A stretch of DNA of 64,000 nucleotides from Anaerohalosphaeraceae bacterium (GTDB taxonomy: Bacteria > Planctomycetota > Phycisphaerae > Sedimentisphaerales > Anaerohalosphaeraceae). Where the stretch lies: NCBI GenBank assembly GCA_963675525.2, contig CAXXSL010000020.1, positions 1 to 64,000 on the forward strand. The letters run 5' to 3'. The notes beneath the pieces were generated by a model. It had not been told where the DNA came from and did not search any database. It saw only the letters and a program-made list of their open reading frames with translations. The position numbers and the translations under genes are program-made. Below, piece after piece: positions 27,351 through 37,459 of the stretch; within the stretch, counting starts at the first letter, position 1, and each line of letters begins with the position of its first letter.

Positions 27351-28886
27351 ATGAAAAAGGATAAAAAATTGGATTCCGGAACGAAACACAATCAGATTTT
27401 CAGCGGAAATTCAAAAATTGATGGTATTTACCATACTGCCGAATGGCTGGTTACGGCCTTTGCCAGTACGCTGGTCTTCATCGTTTTTGTGATGCAGGTT
27501 TATCGAATTCCGACCGGCAGTATGGCCGAGACACTCCGGGGGGCTCATTTTCGAATCCGGTGTGCCGAGTGCGGTTATCGGTATGACCACGATTTTATTG
27601 CCGAACGTTACAAAATGCCGAATACTTTCACGCCTTCGGGCAAATTAGTCATCAGGCCCCGTTCCCCGCGATGTCCCAGTTGCGGGTATTCCGAACCAGA
27701 TCCCTTACGAAGTACAAATGCCGCCATGGCCAGAACGGTATTTAAAGGCGACCAGATATTTGTCCTCAAGAGTGTCTATCAGTTTTTTGAGCCCAAACGC
27801 TGGGATGTGATCGTTTTCAAAAATCCAACGGAACCGAGGATCAATTATATTAAACGGTGCATCGGATTACCCGGTGAAACCATCCAGATCTTTGACGGGG
27901 ATATTTATGTTGACGGCCAAATTCAGCGTAAGCCCCAAAAGGTTCAGGAAGAGCTTTGGATGGTCGTTTATGACAATGATTACCGGCCCGCACACCCCGA
28001 GGAAGCACATTTTAACGGACACTCGTGGCGGCAGCCTTTTGAACGGATCATGGGGTCGGCCTGGAATCTGTCTGATGGCCTTATTGGAAATTTTACGCTT
28101 AAAACCGACAACAATGTCATTCAGCGAATCCGTTATAATGACGAACAGGGCAACAGCTTCCGGGCAACCTACGCTTATGATGATCCGGGCAGTTACCAAT
28201 ACATGCCGTATTGCAGTGACTTAATGGTTCAGTACTATCTGGAGACCGATGGTGATTCGGCCGCAGGGGCTCAGATCCAGAAGCATGGTATTATATATCA
28301 GGGATGGGTGTATACTGATGGAAAGATGGTCATTAACCGTCTGACGCCGGGGGGACAGCCGATTAGTCAGGTCGAGGGACAATGTGCGGTCGGTGATTTG
28401 AACAACATCTCTCGTTTTCGCTTTGCCACGGTGGACCATCAGGTCGTTTTGGAATACGGATCGGCAAAACTGACGTATGACCTTGGGGTCGGGATGGATG
28501 ACGCCGGAGCGGTCGGAGATAAGTCCGCCGTGCAAATTCTGGGTTATGGTAATTTACGGTTATCGCATGTTGGGATTTATCGCGATATTCACTATATCTC
28601 CGAGAATGTTCGCCGCGCAAGCAGGGACAAACCGGTAACATTAAATACGGACGAATATTTTGCCTGCGGCGATAACAGCCCTTACAGCCTGGATTCGAGA
28701 CTTTGGAATCGAGAGGGACTCGGCAATAACGGGCAAACATATCCGGAAGGTATTGTTCCGAAGGATTACCTGGTTGGCAAAGGCATGGTTGTTCACTGGC
28801 CGGGGGGGTATCGTCTGAAGCAGGAACCGATTCGCTGGATACCGTTTGTTGACGGACTCAAAATCATTTATGGAGGCAAGGATTAG
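27351..28886 (+). CDS. lepB: Signal peptidase I with Zn-ribbon and large insertions
   Basis: IPTGSMAETL (Ser), NYIKRC (Lys), GDNSPYSLDSR; CAECG/CPSCG. Confidence 0.9.
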   Translation: MKKDKKLDSGTKHNQIFSGNSKIDGIYHTAEWLVTAFASTLVFIVFVMQVYRIPTGSMAETLRGAHFRIRCAECGYRYDHDFIAERYKMPNTFTPSGKLVIRPRSPRCPSCGYSEPDPLRSTNAAMARTVFKGDQIFVLKSVYQFFEPKRWDVIVFKNPTEPRINYIKRCIGLPGETIQIFDGDIYVDGQIQRKPQKVQEELWMVVYDNDYRPAHPEEAHFNGHSWRQPFERIMGSAWNLSDGLIGNFTLKTDNNVIQRIRYNDEQGNSFRATYAYDDPGSYQYMPYCSDLMVQYYLETDGDSAAGAQIQKHGIIYQGWVYTDGKMVINRLTPGGQPISQVEGQCAVGDLNNISRFRFATVDHQVVLEYGSAKLTYDLGVGMDDAGAVGDKSAVQILGYGNLRLSHVGIYRDIHYISENVRRASRDKPVTLNTDEYFACGDNSPYSLDSRLWNREGLGNNGQTYPEGIVPKDYLVGKGMVVHWPGGYRLKQEPIRWIPFVDGLKIIYGGKD

Positions 28887-28904
28887 CGTCCTCGTTGTTG
28901 GAAT

Positions 28905-30413
28905 ATGGAAGAACAGCAGCCCCTACCGCATGAGAGTTTTGCCCATCGCCATCACCATTCGGCTGAGAATCTGGTAACGCTTCTGGAATGGCTGCTGGTC
29001 GCCTTTATTCTGGCACTGGTGTTTCAGGGCTTTGCGATCCAGGCATTTCAGATTCCGACCGGCAGTATGGCCGAGACGCTTCGCGGAGCCCATTATCAAA
29101 TGCGTTGCCTCCGATGCGGCTATTTGTTTGACAGCGGCAGTGAGTCCGTCGGCTATGATCTCGACCGACCGCAATGCCCCAGTTGCAATTACGTCCAGCC
29201 TCCCCAAGCACTCGGAGAAGTCAAAAACGGGGACCGCATTTTTGTCTTAAAGTGTATTTACCAGTTTTTTGAGCCCCAGCGATGGGATGTTGTCGTCTTC
29301 AAGAATCCTACTTTTCCGGCCGAAAACTATATTAAACGGCTCGTAGCGCTTCCCGGTGAAACGGTTCAACTCATTCACGGTGACCTTTATATTAATGGCA
29401 AGATCACGCGTAAGCCTGTCAATGTCCAGAAAGAACTCTGGATGCCGATTTTTGTTCAGGATTATCAGCCATTGGACGCTCAGGACTTTTTTGATGAACA
29501 AATCGAACAGGGTCTGGATGCGCACAACACCGTCTGGATCCCACCCTTTGTGAACGAGGAAGGATCTCTCTGGGATGTTCAGCCGACACAATATACGCTG
29601 AATGATTCGTCCCTTAAGCAGCATACGTTGTTGTTTCAGACAAACAACCTCAACGATTTCAAGGCATTCTATGCCTATAACGACAGCTCCGGATACGGCG
29701 GCCAACCCGTTTGCAGCGACCTGATGATCACGTTTATTGCCCAATGCCAGTTACCGGACGGTGTTGTCGGTGCCTCACTCGAAAAGTATGATGTTATTTA
29801 TTCTGCAGAGGTCCGATTCACCGGTTCATTGATCTTCTCTAAAACCGTCAATGGCGTCACCACCCAACTTGGCAGACCGATGCTGACAGATGTGATCGAA
29901 CCGGGGCAATTTGAAAAATTCGAATTCGCAAATGTTGACCGGCAGCTTGTACTGCGATGGGGCCAAAAGCGATTTACCTATGATCTTTCCAGGGACGCCT
30001 CCTTTGTCCCTCAAGATGCGTTTTCGGAAAAACCTCCGGCCATTCGGATTTTTGCGTCCGGTCCGACGGATATTCGTCATATTGGCCTGTATCGGGACAT
30101 CTTTTATCGCGGCAAAGAGGGGGGTGTTTTGCGGGCGACAGAAGACAAACCGTTTACGCTTGAAGACGATCAATTCTTTGTCTGCGGTGACAACAGCAAT
30201 AACAGTTCCGATGCCCGCCTGTGGTCGGTTGAAGGCAAAGGAAATAATGGTGACCGATACCGCACGGGGACCGTACCGCGAGATTATATGATGGGTAAAG
30301 CCGTGATGGTTTACTGGTCACAGGCCTTTAAGCCCGCCCGAAATTTTCCCCCAATGATTCCCAATTTAAGGAACATTAAGGTCATTTACGGCGGCTCTGA
30401 AGAACTATATTGA
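28905..30413 (+). CDS. lepB: Signal peptidase I paralogue with Zn-ribbon
   Basis: IPTGSMAETL, NYIKRL, GDNSNNSSDAR; CLRCG/CPSC. Confidence 0.9.
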   Translation: MEEQQPLPHESFAHRHHHSAENLVTLLEWLLVAFILALVFQGFAIQAFQIPTGSMAETLRGAHYQMRCLRCGYLFDSGSESVGYDLDRPQCPSCNYVQPPQALGEVKNGDRIFVLKCIYQFFEPQRWDVVVFKNPTFPAENYIKRLVALPGETVQLIHGDLYINGKITRKPVNVQKELWMPIFVQDYQPLDAQDFFDEQIEQGLDAHNTVWIPPFVNEEGSLWDVQPTQYTLNDSSLKQHTLLFQTNNLNDFKAFYAYNDSSGYGGQPVCSDLMITFIAQCQLPDGVVGASLEKYDVIYSAEVRFTGSLIFSKTVNGVTTQLGRPMLTDVIEPGQFEKFEFANVDRQLVLRWGQKRFTYDLSRDASFVPQDAFSEKPPAIRIFASGPTDIRHIGLYRDIFYRGKEGGVLRATEDKPFTLEDDQFFVCGDNSNNSSDARLWSVEGKGNNGDRYRTGTVPRDYMMGKAVMVYWSQAFKPARNFPPMIPNLRNIKVIYGGSEELY

Positions 30414-30516
30414 CGGTTTTTTAGAGACGGCGATACAGTCTGCAAAAATTCCTCTAAAAACGCTTCTCACGGGGGCAAAAAATCGCTTTTTGGGGGCATG
30501 AAATACGAAGCTTTCG

Positions 30517-30545
30517 TTGACAATTGGCCCGGTTGCAGGTAAACT
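30517..30545 (+). promoter_or_regulatory. Sigma70 promoter TTGACA-N17-TAAACT for gyrA
   Basis: Consensus match. Confidence 0.7.
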
Positions 30546-30620
30546 TGGCTTTTCTTAACCACGGGGTCTTTGGAGTTAACAGCCCCTGTCGAATTTAGAC
30601 ACTACAAGGACAGACGTTTT

Positions 30621-33197
30621 ATGGATGAAAACACGGAAAGCACCGTTGTGCCCGAACATTTTGAAGACATGCAGATTCTTGATGAACTCAAGAATTCGTA
30701 TTTAAATTACGCGATGAGTGTCATTGTTTCCCGTGCTCTGCCGGATGTCAGAGACGGTCTGAAGCCCTCTCAACGCCGCATTCTTGTTGCGATGAACGAC
30801 CTGAATCTGGGCCCTCGTTCCAAGCATCGTAAATGCGCCAAGATCGTCGGTGACACGGGTGGTAATTACCATCCGCATGGTGACCAGGCGACCTATGGTA
30901 CGCTGGTTCGTATGGCGCAGGAATGGAACATGCGTGTTCAGTTGGTTGACCCGCAGGGAAACTTCGGCAGTATTGACGCCGATCCGCCGGCGGCCATGCG
31001 TTATACCGAAGCACGCATGACACAGGCGGCGACGGACATGCTCGAAGACCTGAAACTTGACACCGTGGACTTTGTTCCCAACTACGATGAAACCCGACAG
31101 GAGCCAACCGTTCTGCCGTCCAAGTTTCCGAATTTGCTGGTTAACGGAGGCAGCGGGATTGCAGTCGGCATGGCGACCAATCTGCCGCCGCATAATGTTG
31201 GTGAGGTGTGCGATGCGCTGTTGCTGATGATCGAGAACCCGGACTGCGGATTTAAAGAAATTCTGGAACGCCTGCCTGCCCCTGATTTTCCGACCGGGGG
31301 TGTCATCTGCGGACGCAAAGGGATCATGGATGCCTATGTTACAGGCCGGGGTCATTTAAAACTGCGATGCAAGTCGCACATTGAAACCAACAAGCGGGGC
31401 CGGGAAAGTATCATTGTGACCGAAATCCCTTACATGGTCGTCAAGACGACGATTGTCTCTAAGATTGCTGACTGCGTGCGGAACGGGCAGATCGATGAGA
31501 TTTCCGACATCCGGGACGAATCGGACCGCAAAGGAATGCGAATCGTTGTTGAATTGAAAAAAGATGTCGACAGCAACGTCGTGCTCAATAAATTGTATCG
31601 CTTTACGTCACTCCAGAATACGTTTGCGGCCAATAATGTCGCATTGGTTAACAACCGGCCCGAAATCCTGAATATAAAGCAGATGCTTCGGCTTTATATC
31701 AACCATCGTCTGACGGTGATTCGACGGCGGACGCGTCATTTACTTCGAAAGTGCCGCAGTCGCGCCCATATTCTGGAAGGATTGATTTTGGCCGTGGGCG
31801 ATATCGATGAGATCATCGCCCTTATAAAAGCGTCTCCGGACAGTCCGACGGCCAAAGAAAACCTGATGAAAAAACCCCTGCGTTTAACCGAATCGCAAAC
31901 GCTGAACAAGCTGTTGCCTCAGGTGTTTATTGATCAATATTCCAAGGTGGACTATTTCCTGTCCGGCCCGCAGGCCGATGCCATCCTGACGATGCAGTTG
32001 CAGCGTCTGACGGGCCTGGAAATTGAAAAACTGGCCAGGGAGTATGCCGAAGTCGCCGAAAAAATCGCCGGCTATGAAGCATTGCTGGCCAACCGGGACC
32101 TGCAGCTTGATGTGATCCGTGAAGATCTGCACGAGATCAAGGAGAAATATAAAAATCCGCGGCAGACGCAGATCATCATGGACGAGGCAGATTCGTTTGA
32201 TATGGAGGACTTGATCGCCGAAGAAGAAACACTTGTGACGGTTTCGCATGGCGGCTATATCAAACGCATGCCCATTGACACCTATCGCAAACAGGGCCGC
32301 GGCGGCAGGGGAATTATTGGCTCTGACACGAAGGAAGGGGACTTCCTGGAACATTTGTTTGTGGCCTCCACGCATGACTACCTGCTCTTCTTTACCAGCA
32401 AGGGAATCTGTCATTGGCTGAAAGTGTATAATCTCCCCGCGATGTCACGGCAAAGCAAGGGACGTAATATTGTCAATCTGCTTTCGTTGGGTCAGGATGA
32501 AAAAATTACATCGATCATCAATGTCAGGGAATTTGATAACAAACGCCAGCTTCTGATGGCAACGAAAAACGGAACTGTAAAAAAGACCGTTCTCAGTGCG
32601 TACGGTAACCCTCGCACGAACGGCGTGATCGCTATCAAGCTGGATGCCAGCGATGATCTGATTGGCGTCGCCGTCACAAGTGGTGCCGATGAGATCATTC
32701 TCGGAACTCGTGACGGCATGGCGATTCGCTTTCATGAATCGGATGCCCGCTCGATGGGCCGTGTCAGCCAGGGTGTGCGGGGGATCAAACTGCGTACCGG
32801 CGATAAAGTGGTGGATATGGTGATCGCCGAAGAAGGTTCGTCCCTGTTGACCGTTTGCGAAAAGGGGTACGGCAAGCGAACCGATCTGGCGGATTACCGC
32901 ACTCAGAGCCGCGGCGGACTGGGTCTGATCAACATCAAAACCACCGAGCGAAACGGAAAAGTCGTAGCTCTTAAGGCGGTGCATGAGGACGATGAGCTGA
33001 TGATGGTCACAGCCAACGGGATGATCGTCCGCACCGGACTGGAAGAAGTTCGAGCCATCGGTCGAAATACCGCCGGGGTCAAGATGATTTCATTAAAACC
33101 GGGTGACCATCTGGTTGCCGCCGAACGGCTCATTATCGAAGAAGACGAAGATGCTGGCACGGATGCTGGTGCTGATGCTCAGCCGGAAAACGAATAG
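30621..33197 (+). CDS. gyrA: DNA gyrase subunit A
   Basis: SRALPDVRDGLKP, YHPHGD, AAMRYTE, GyrA-box QGRGGRG, acidic tail. Confidence 0.97.
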   Translation: MDENTESTVVPEHFEDMQILDELKNSYLNYAMSVIVSRALPDVRDGLKPSQRRILVAMNDLNLGPRSKHRKCAKIVGDTGGNYHPHGDQATYGTLVRMAQEWNMRVQLVDPQGNFGSIDADPPAAMRYTEARMTQAATDMLEDLKLDTVDFVPNYDETRQEPTVLPSKFPNLLVNGGSGIAVGMATNLPPHNVGEVCDALLLMIENPDCGFKEILERLPAPDFPTGGVICGRKGIMDAYVTGRGHLKLRCKSHIETNKRGRESIIVTEIPYMVVKTTIVSKIADCVRNGQIDEISDIRDESDRKGMRIVVELKKDVDSNVVLNKLYRFTSLQNTFAANNVALVNNRPEILNIKQMLRLYINHRLTVIRRRTRHLLRKCRSRAHILEGLILAVGDIDEIIALIKASPDSPTAKENLMKKPLRLTESQTLNKLLPQVFIDQYSKVDYFLSGPQADAILTMQLQRLTGLEIEKLAREYAEVAEKIAGYEALLANRDLQLDVIREDLHEIKEKYKNPRQTQIIMDEADSFDMEDLIAEEETLVTVSHGGYIKRMPIDTYRKQGRGGRGIIGSDTKEGDFLEHLFVASTHDYLLFFTSKGICHWLKVYNLPAMSRQSKGRNIVNLLSLGQDEKITSIINVREFDNKRQLLMATKNGTVKKTVLSAYGNPRTNGVIAIKLDASDDLIGVAVTSGADEIILGTRDGMAIRFHESDARSMGRVSQGVRGIKLRTGDKVVDMVIAEEGSSLLTVCEKGYGKRTDLADYRTQSRGGLGLINIKTTERNGKVVALKAVHEDDELMMVTANGMIVRTGLEEVRAIGRNTAGVKMISLKPGDHLVAAERLIIEEDEDAGTDAGADAQPENE

Positions 33198-33212
33198 TAG
33201 AAAGCAGTATGT

Positions 33213-33372
33213 GTCATTCCGAACGGATGTGAGGAATCTATTTAAACAGAAAAACTTGTCCTGAGCGAAGCCGAATGGATTCCATAAGCCCGAAGGGCTG
33301 TGATACAATAGCCGGGGGTGTCAGCCCCCGGTAAGTGGGACTACAATTCTATTGAGCCTCGAAGAGGCGACA
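33213..33372. repeat. Stack of short palindromic repeats between gyrA and holA
   Basis: gtcattccgaacggatgtgaggaatct; cttgtcctgagcgaagccgaatggatt; agcccgaagggct; gccggggg-tgtcag-cccccggt; gcctcgaagaggcgaca. Confidence 0.75.
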
Positions 33373-33419
33373 TAGAAAAATATAGCTCGACAGAACTGCA
33401 AAAATCAATTGAACAAAAT

Positions 33420-34418
33420 ATGGCGAAGAAACCCACAAAATCGAATAACCCACAGGGGTTTCATGTAATCTTTGGAGAGGACCCGTTTCTTGTCAGCAAG
33501 GAATGCGAAAAGCGGATGGATGCACTCCTCGAACCTGACCAGCGGTCCATGGCACTCTACGAACCCAGGGCCGAGGATGCTCAAATAGCCGATATTCTGG
33601 ACGAACTGCGGACGCTGCCGTTTTTGGCACCGAAGCGGGTCGTCTTGATCAAGGATGCCGAGTCTTTCATTAAAACCAACAGCGAGGCCCTCGAAAAATA
33701 TCTCGAAGATCCCAGCCCAACAGGCATTCTGATCATGACCGTCACCTCGTGGGATAAACGCTTACGTTTTCATAAAATACTGCAGAAAACCGGCGGCCTG
33801 ATCGAGTTGGCTAAGATGAAATCAAGCCAGATGTCCGCTTATGTGGCAGGCTACGCCCAGCAGAGCTACGGTATTCGCCTGGACACACAGTGTAGTCGGT
33901 TGTTGGTGGAACTGGTCGGTGACGACCCCGGTCGGCTGTGTCGCGAAATGGACAAGCTGGCAGTGTTTGTCGCCCCGCGAAAGTCCGTAACGTTTCAGGA
34001 CATCGAACAACTGGTTGGAAAAAATCGTATGTTTGACGCGTTCGGCGTGATCGATTCGATTAATGCCGGCCAACTTGCAAAAGCCATCGAGCGATTGCGA
34101 AACATGTTCGGTGCCGACAAAAGCACTGAATACACGGTGATCGGGGCGTTCGGCTGGCATTTCCGGCGACTGTTCCGGGCCAAAGCCTATATGGAAAAGG
34201 GACTCCACCCGCAGCAAGCCGCCCAAAACGCCGGTGTCTACGGCTATTTCCAGCAGGATTTCATCCGTCAGGCCGGTCAAATGACACTCAAACAGTTGGC
34301 GCATATTATGGCCGAACTCGGAAAGATCGACTTCGGCCTGAAAACCGGCCAGACAAGTGCTTCGACCGCGATGGAGCGGCTCATCACAAACCTGTTTTTG
34401 ATGCGAAAAAGGGCATAA
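33420..34418 (+). CDS. holA: DNA polymerase III delta subunit
   Basis: VIFGEDPFL, LRTLPFLAPKRVVLIKDA, EMDKL, DFGLKTG; ATG 33420 preferred because the upstream GTG lies inside the repeat. Confidence 0.9.
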   Translation: MAKKPTKSNNPQGFHVIFGEDPFLVSKECEKRMDALLEPDQRSMALYEPRAEDAQIADILDELRTLPFLAPKRVVLIKDAESFIKTNSEALEKYLEDPSPTGILIMTVTSWDKRLRFHKILQKTGGLIELAKMKSSQMSAYVAGYAQQSYGIRLDTQCSRLLVELVGDDPGRLCREMDKLAVFVAPRKSVTFQDIEQLVGKNRMFDAFGVIDSINAGQLAKAIERLRNMFGADKSTEYTVIGAFGWHFRRLFRAKAYMEKGLHPQQAAQNAGVYGYFQQDFIRQAGQMTLKQLAHIMAELGKIDFGLKTGQTSASTAMERLITNLFLMRKRA

Positions 34419-34430
34419 TCCTTAAAAAAC

Positions 34431-34459
34431 TTGAATAATCCATCATACCTTGTTATAGT
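34431..34459 (+). promoter_or_regulatory. Sigma70 promoter TTGAAT-N17-TATAGT (extended -10)
   Basis: Consensus match upstream of nfnA. Confidence 0.6.
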
Positions 34460-34503
34460 GTCCGCCTTTCCGATTTGTCTAAATAGGTATCATTTTAAGG
34501 AAT

Positions 34504-35376
34504 ATGAATGTGGCTTTTCAGATCGTTAACAAAGAACAGTTGTCAGAAAACGTTTTTATGATCGACGTTGAAGCGCCGCTGGTGGCCCGTGCCCGAAAAG
34601 CAGGGCAATTTGTCATCGTTTCAGCGGAAGAAGAAGCGGGCGAGCGAATTCCCCTGACCATCGCCGGAGCCGATGCCGAACAAGGTACCATTCGCCTGAT
34701 TTTTCAGCGTGTGGGCAAAGCGACCGCTCAAATGGCCCAGTTTGAAAAGGGCGATTCACTCGGATATGTCGCAGGGCCGCTTGGCCAACCGACCCATATC
34801 GAGAAATTCGGCACCGTTGTCTGTATCGGCGGGGGGATCGGTAATGCGCCGCTGCTGCCGATCGCGTCAGCCCTGAAAGAAGCCGGTAATACAATTATCA
34901 GCATCATCGGCGCCCGCAATAAAGAACTGCTGATTCTCGAAGATGAATTCAAGGCCATCAGTGATGAATTGATCGTCGTGACCGATGATGGCTCGTACGG
35001 ACGAAAAGCTCTTGTGACTGAACCGTTGACTGAAATTTGCAGCCGTGACCCTAAGCCCGATCTTGCCATCGCCATCGGCCCTGCCATCATGATGAAATTC
35101 TGTTGCGAAACAACGAAGAAATTCGAGGTTCCCACACAGGTTTCTTTGAATACGATCATGGTGGACGGCACCGGCATGTGCGGCGGGTGTCGCGTGGAAG
35201 TCGGCGGCCAAACAAAGTTCGTGTGTGTTGACGGTCCCGAATTCGACGGCCATCAGGTCAATTTCGATCTGATGACACGGCGAATGAGTGCCTATAAAAC
35301 GCTTGAGCAGAAAGCGTATGAGAAATTCAAAGAGCATAAATGCCGAATCGGTTTAAATAAGAAAGATAACGCATAA
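34504..35376 (+). CDS. nfnA: Electron-bifurcating transhydrogenase small subunit (NfnA/SudB)
   Basis: GERIPLTIA, GPLG, GGGIG, MVDGTGMCGGCRV..CVDGPEFD. Confidence 0.92.
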   Translation: MNVAFQIVNKEQLSENVFMIDVEAPLVARARKAGQFVIVSAEEEAGERIPLTIAGADAEQGTIRLIFQRVGKATAQMAQFEKGDSLGYVAGPLGQPTHIEKFGTVVCIGGGIGNAPLLPIASALKEAGNTIISIIGARNKELLILEDEFKAISDELIVVTDDGSYGRKALVTEPLTEICSRDPKPDLAIAIGPAIMMKFCCETTKKFEVPTQVSLNTIMVDGTGMCGGCRVEVGGQTKFVCVDGPEFDGHQVNFDLMTRRMSAYKTLEQKAYEKFKEHKCRIGLNKKDNA

Positions 35377-35412
35377 CGATTTCAAAGGAAATCAAACATC
35401 GAGGAATCAAGC

Positions 35413-36885
35413 GTGACTCAGAAAAAAACTCTTCTTCAGGAACTGATCGAAAAACAAAAGGCCGGATTACTGAAAGCCAAAGACCGGTATGAAATACCTT
35501 CGCAGGATATGCCTGCCCAGGACCCCGGCCAACGGCGCACAAATATGAATGAAGTGGCCCTCGGGTATACTGCCGAAGAAGCTCGCCTTGAAGCAATGCG
35601 CTGTCTGCAATGCAAAACGGCGCCCTGCATGAAAGGCTGTCCCGTGCGTATTCGCATCAAAGATTTTGTTTCGGCGATTGCGGATGGCGACGATGCTGAA
35701 GCGTTAAAGATCATCAAGGAAAACTCCCTGCTGCCGGCAGTTTGCGGCCGTGTTTGTCCGCAGGAGGTGCAGTGTCAGGAGACATGCACCGTTGGATTGA
35801 AATTCAAAGACGTTGACAAAAGCGTTTCCATCGGGCGGCTGGAACGGTATGTCGCCGATCTGGCGAAAAAGGATTCCGCCATTCCCGATATCGCGCCGGC
35901 TACCGGTAAAAAAGTGGCGGTCATCGGTTCCGGCCCCGGCGGTATCGTGGTGGCTGCGGATGTCCGCCGCGCAGGTCACGAGGTGACGGTGTTTGAGGCG
36001 TTTCACAAACCCGGCGGCGTGATGGTTTACGGGATTCCCGAATTCCGTCTGCCGAAAGCGATTGTCCAGGAAGAAATCGATGTCCTGAAAAAAATGGGTG
36101 TTGAGATCATCTGCAATTTCATTGTCGGAAGAACGCGCACGATTCAGGAACTGATGGCCGAAGACGGCTACGACGCGGTGTATGTCGGTGTCGGCGCAGG
36201 ATTGCCGAAGTTCATGAACATCGACGGCGAACACCTGGTCGGCGTTTACAGCGCGAATGAATATTTAACCCGCGCCAACCTGATGAAAGCCTACCAGTTC
36301 GGCAAGGGTGCCGAGACGCCGATAGCGGTCAGTAAAAATGTGGCGGTGCTTGGCGGCGGAAATGTCGCGATGGATTCGGCACGCATGGCCGTTCGGCTGG
36401 GCGCCGAAAATGTTTACCTGGTCTACCGCCGCAGCGAAAAAGAAATGCCCGCGCGCATCGAAGAAGTTCACCACGCCAAAGAAGAGGGCGTTCAGTTCTG
36501 CGTTCTGCAAAATCCAAAACGGGTTCTCGGAGATGACAACGGAAACGTCATCGGCCTGGAATGTTTGCGTTATGAATTAGGCGAGCCCGACGAATCCGGC
36601 AGGCGCCGGCCCGTGGCGATCGAGGGCAGCGAGTTTGTCCTTGATGTGGACACGGTGATTGTCGCAATCGGAAACGGCGCCAACCCGCTGATCCAGCAAA
36701 CGACGCCGGGGCTTGAGTTCAATAAATGGGGCAATATTGTTGTCGATGAAAACTGCAAAACGTCGCTGGAAGGTGTTTATGCGGGAGGCGATATTGTGCT
36801 GGGAGCGGCTACGGTAATTCTCGCGATGGGGCAGGGGCGTATCGCGGCAGCGGCGATAAACCGGTGCCTTGCTGAAAAAAAATGA
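35413..36885 (+). CDS. nfnB: NfnB/SudA (GltD-like) large subunit
   Basis: RCLQC..PC..GCPV, CGRVCPQEVQC, YGIPEFRLPK, GGGNVAMD, GAATVILAMG. Confidence 0.92.
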   Translation: MTQKKTLLQELIEKQKAGLLKAKDRYEIPSQDMPAQDPGQRRTNMNEVALGYTAEEARLEAMRCLQCKTAPCMKGCPVRIRIKDFVSAIADGDDAEALKIIKENSLLPAVCGRVCPQEVQCQETCTVGLKFKDVDKSVSIGRLERYVADLAKKDSAIPDIAPATGKKVAVIGSGPGGIVVAADVRRAGHEVTVFEAFHKPGGVMVYGIPEFRLPKAIVQEEIDVLKKMGVEIICNFIVGRTRTIQELMAEDGYDAVYVGVGAGLPKFMNIDGEHLVGVYSANEYLTRANLMKAYQFGKGAETPIAVSKNVAVLGGGNVAMDSARMAVRLGAENVYLVYRRSEKEMPARIEEVHHAKEEGVQFCVLQNPKRVLGDDNGNVIGLECLRYELGEPDESGRRRPVAIEGSEFVLDVDTVIVAIGNGANPLIQQTTPGLEFNKWGNIVVDENCKTSLEGVYAGGDIVLGAATVILAMGQGRIAAAAINRCLAEKK

Positions 36886-36890
36886 TCACA

Positions 36891-37307
36891 TCATTGCACA
36901 GCATCTGATACAAGCGGTTGGCTTGTACGCATGTAAAGATGTTCGTGCGACTGCGGGTTATCCATGCATTCGACGATCAGATCAAACACCTGGCAGGCGC
37001 TTTCATAGAGACGGCCGGTAATGATCGTTGTCTGGCCGATCATGTTTTCGAACAAAACGATGCAGCATAAGTCTGTAACATCTTCACACGTGTTATTGCG
37101 TGAATCAAGGATCGGAACGATCTGGTCATTCAGTTCAACAACCCCGATCACATCTTCAGACCGGCTCTGGGCAGGCTTTAATGTGACGCATCCCGCCACT
37201 TTGATCTGAAGTCCGTATCGCTGCTTGACCGCTGAAAAAGCAGTGATGAACTTCCCTCCGAGCTTTGTCCCGATCATTTTGTCTGATAACGGTGAATTGT
37301 TTTCCAT
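36891..37307 (-). CDS. Divergent CheW-like protein
   Basis: GGKFITAF..RYGLQI..VIGVVELNDQIVPILD resembles CheW. Confidence 0.6.
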   Translation of the reverse strand: MENNSPLSDKMIGTKLGGKFITAFSAVKQRYGLQIKVAGCVTLKPAQSRSEDVIGVVELNDQIVPILDSRNNTCEDVTDLCCIVLFENMIGQTTIITGRLYESACQVFDLIVECMDNPQSHEHLYMRTSQPLVSDAVQ

Positions 37308-37459
37308 AACACGAGCTCCCTAATGAATTCCGTTTCCATTCTGGTCACTGTACCGTTTCATCGTTAAGCTGGTGAACTGCGATGTTAAAAATATGACTTA
37401 AAAATGTTATATCTATTCTACGCTCGAAGCAACAGATGTTCAAGGATTAAATATAAAAT

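Noticed and set aside
33318..33419. N-terminal extension of HolA
   Set aside because: The GTG start lies inside a palindromic repeat; ATG 33420 gives a normal-length protein
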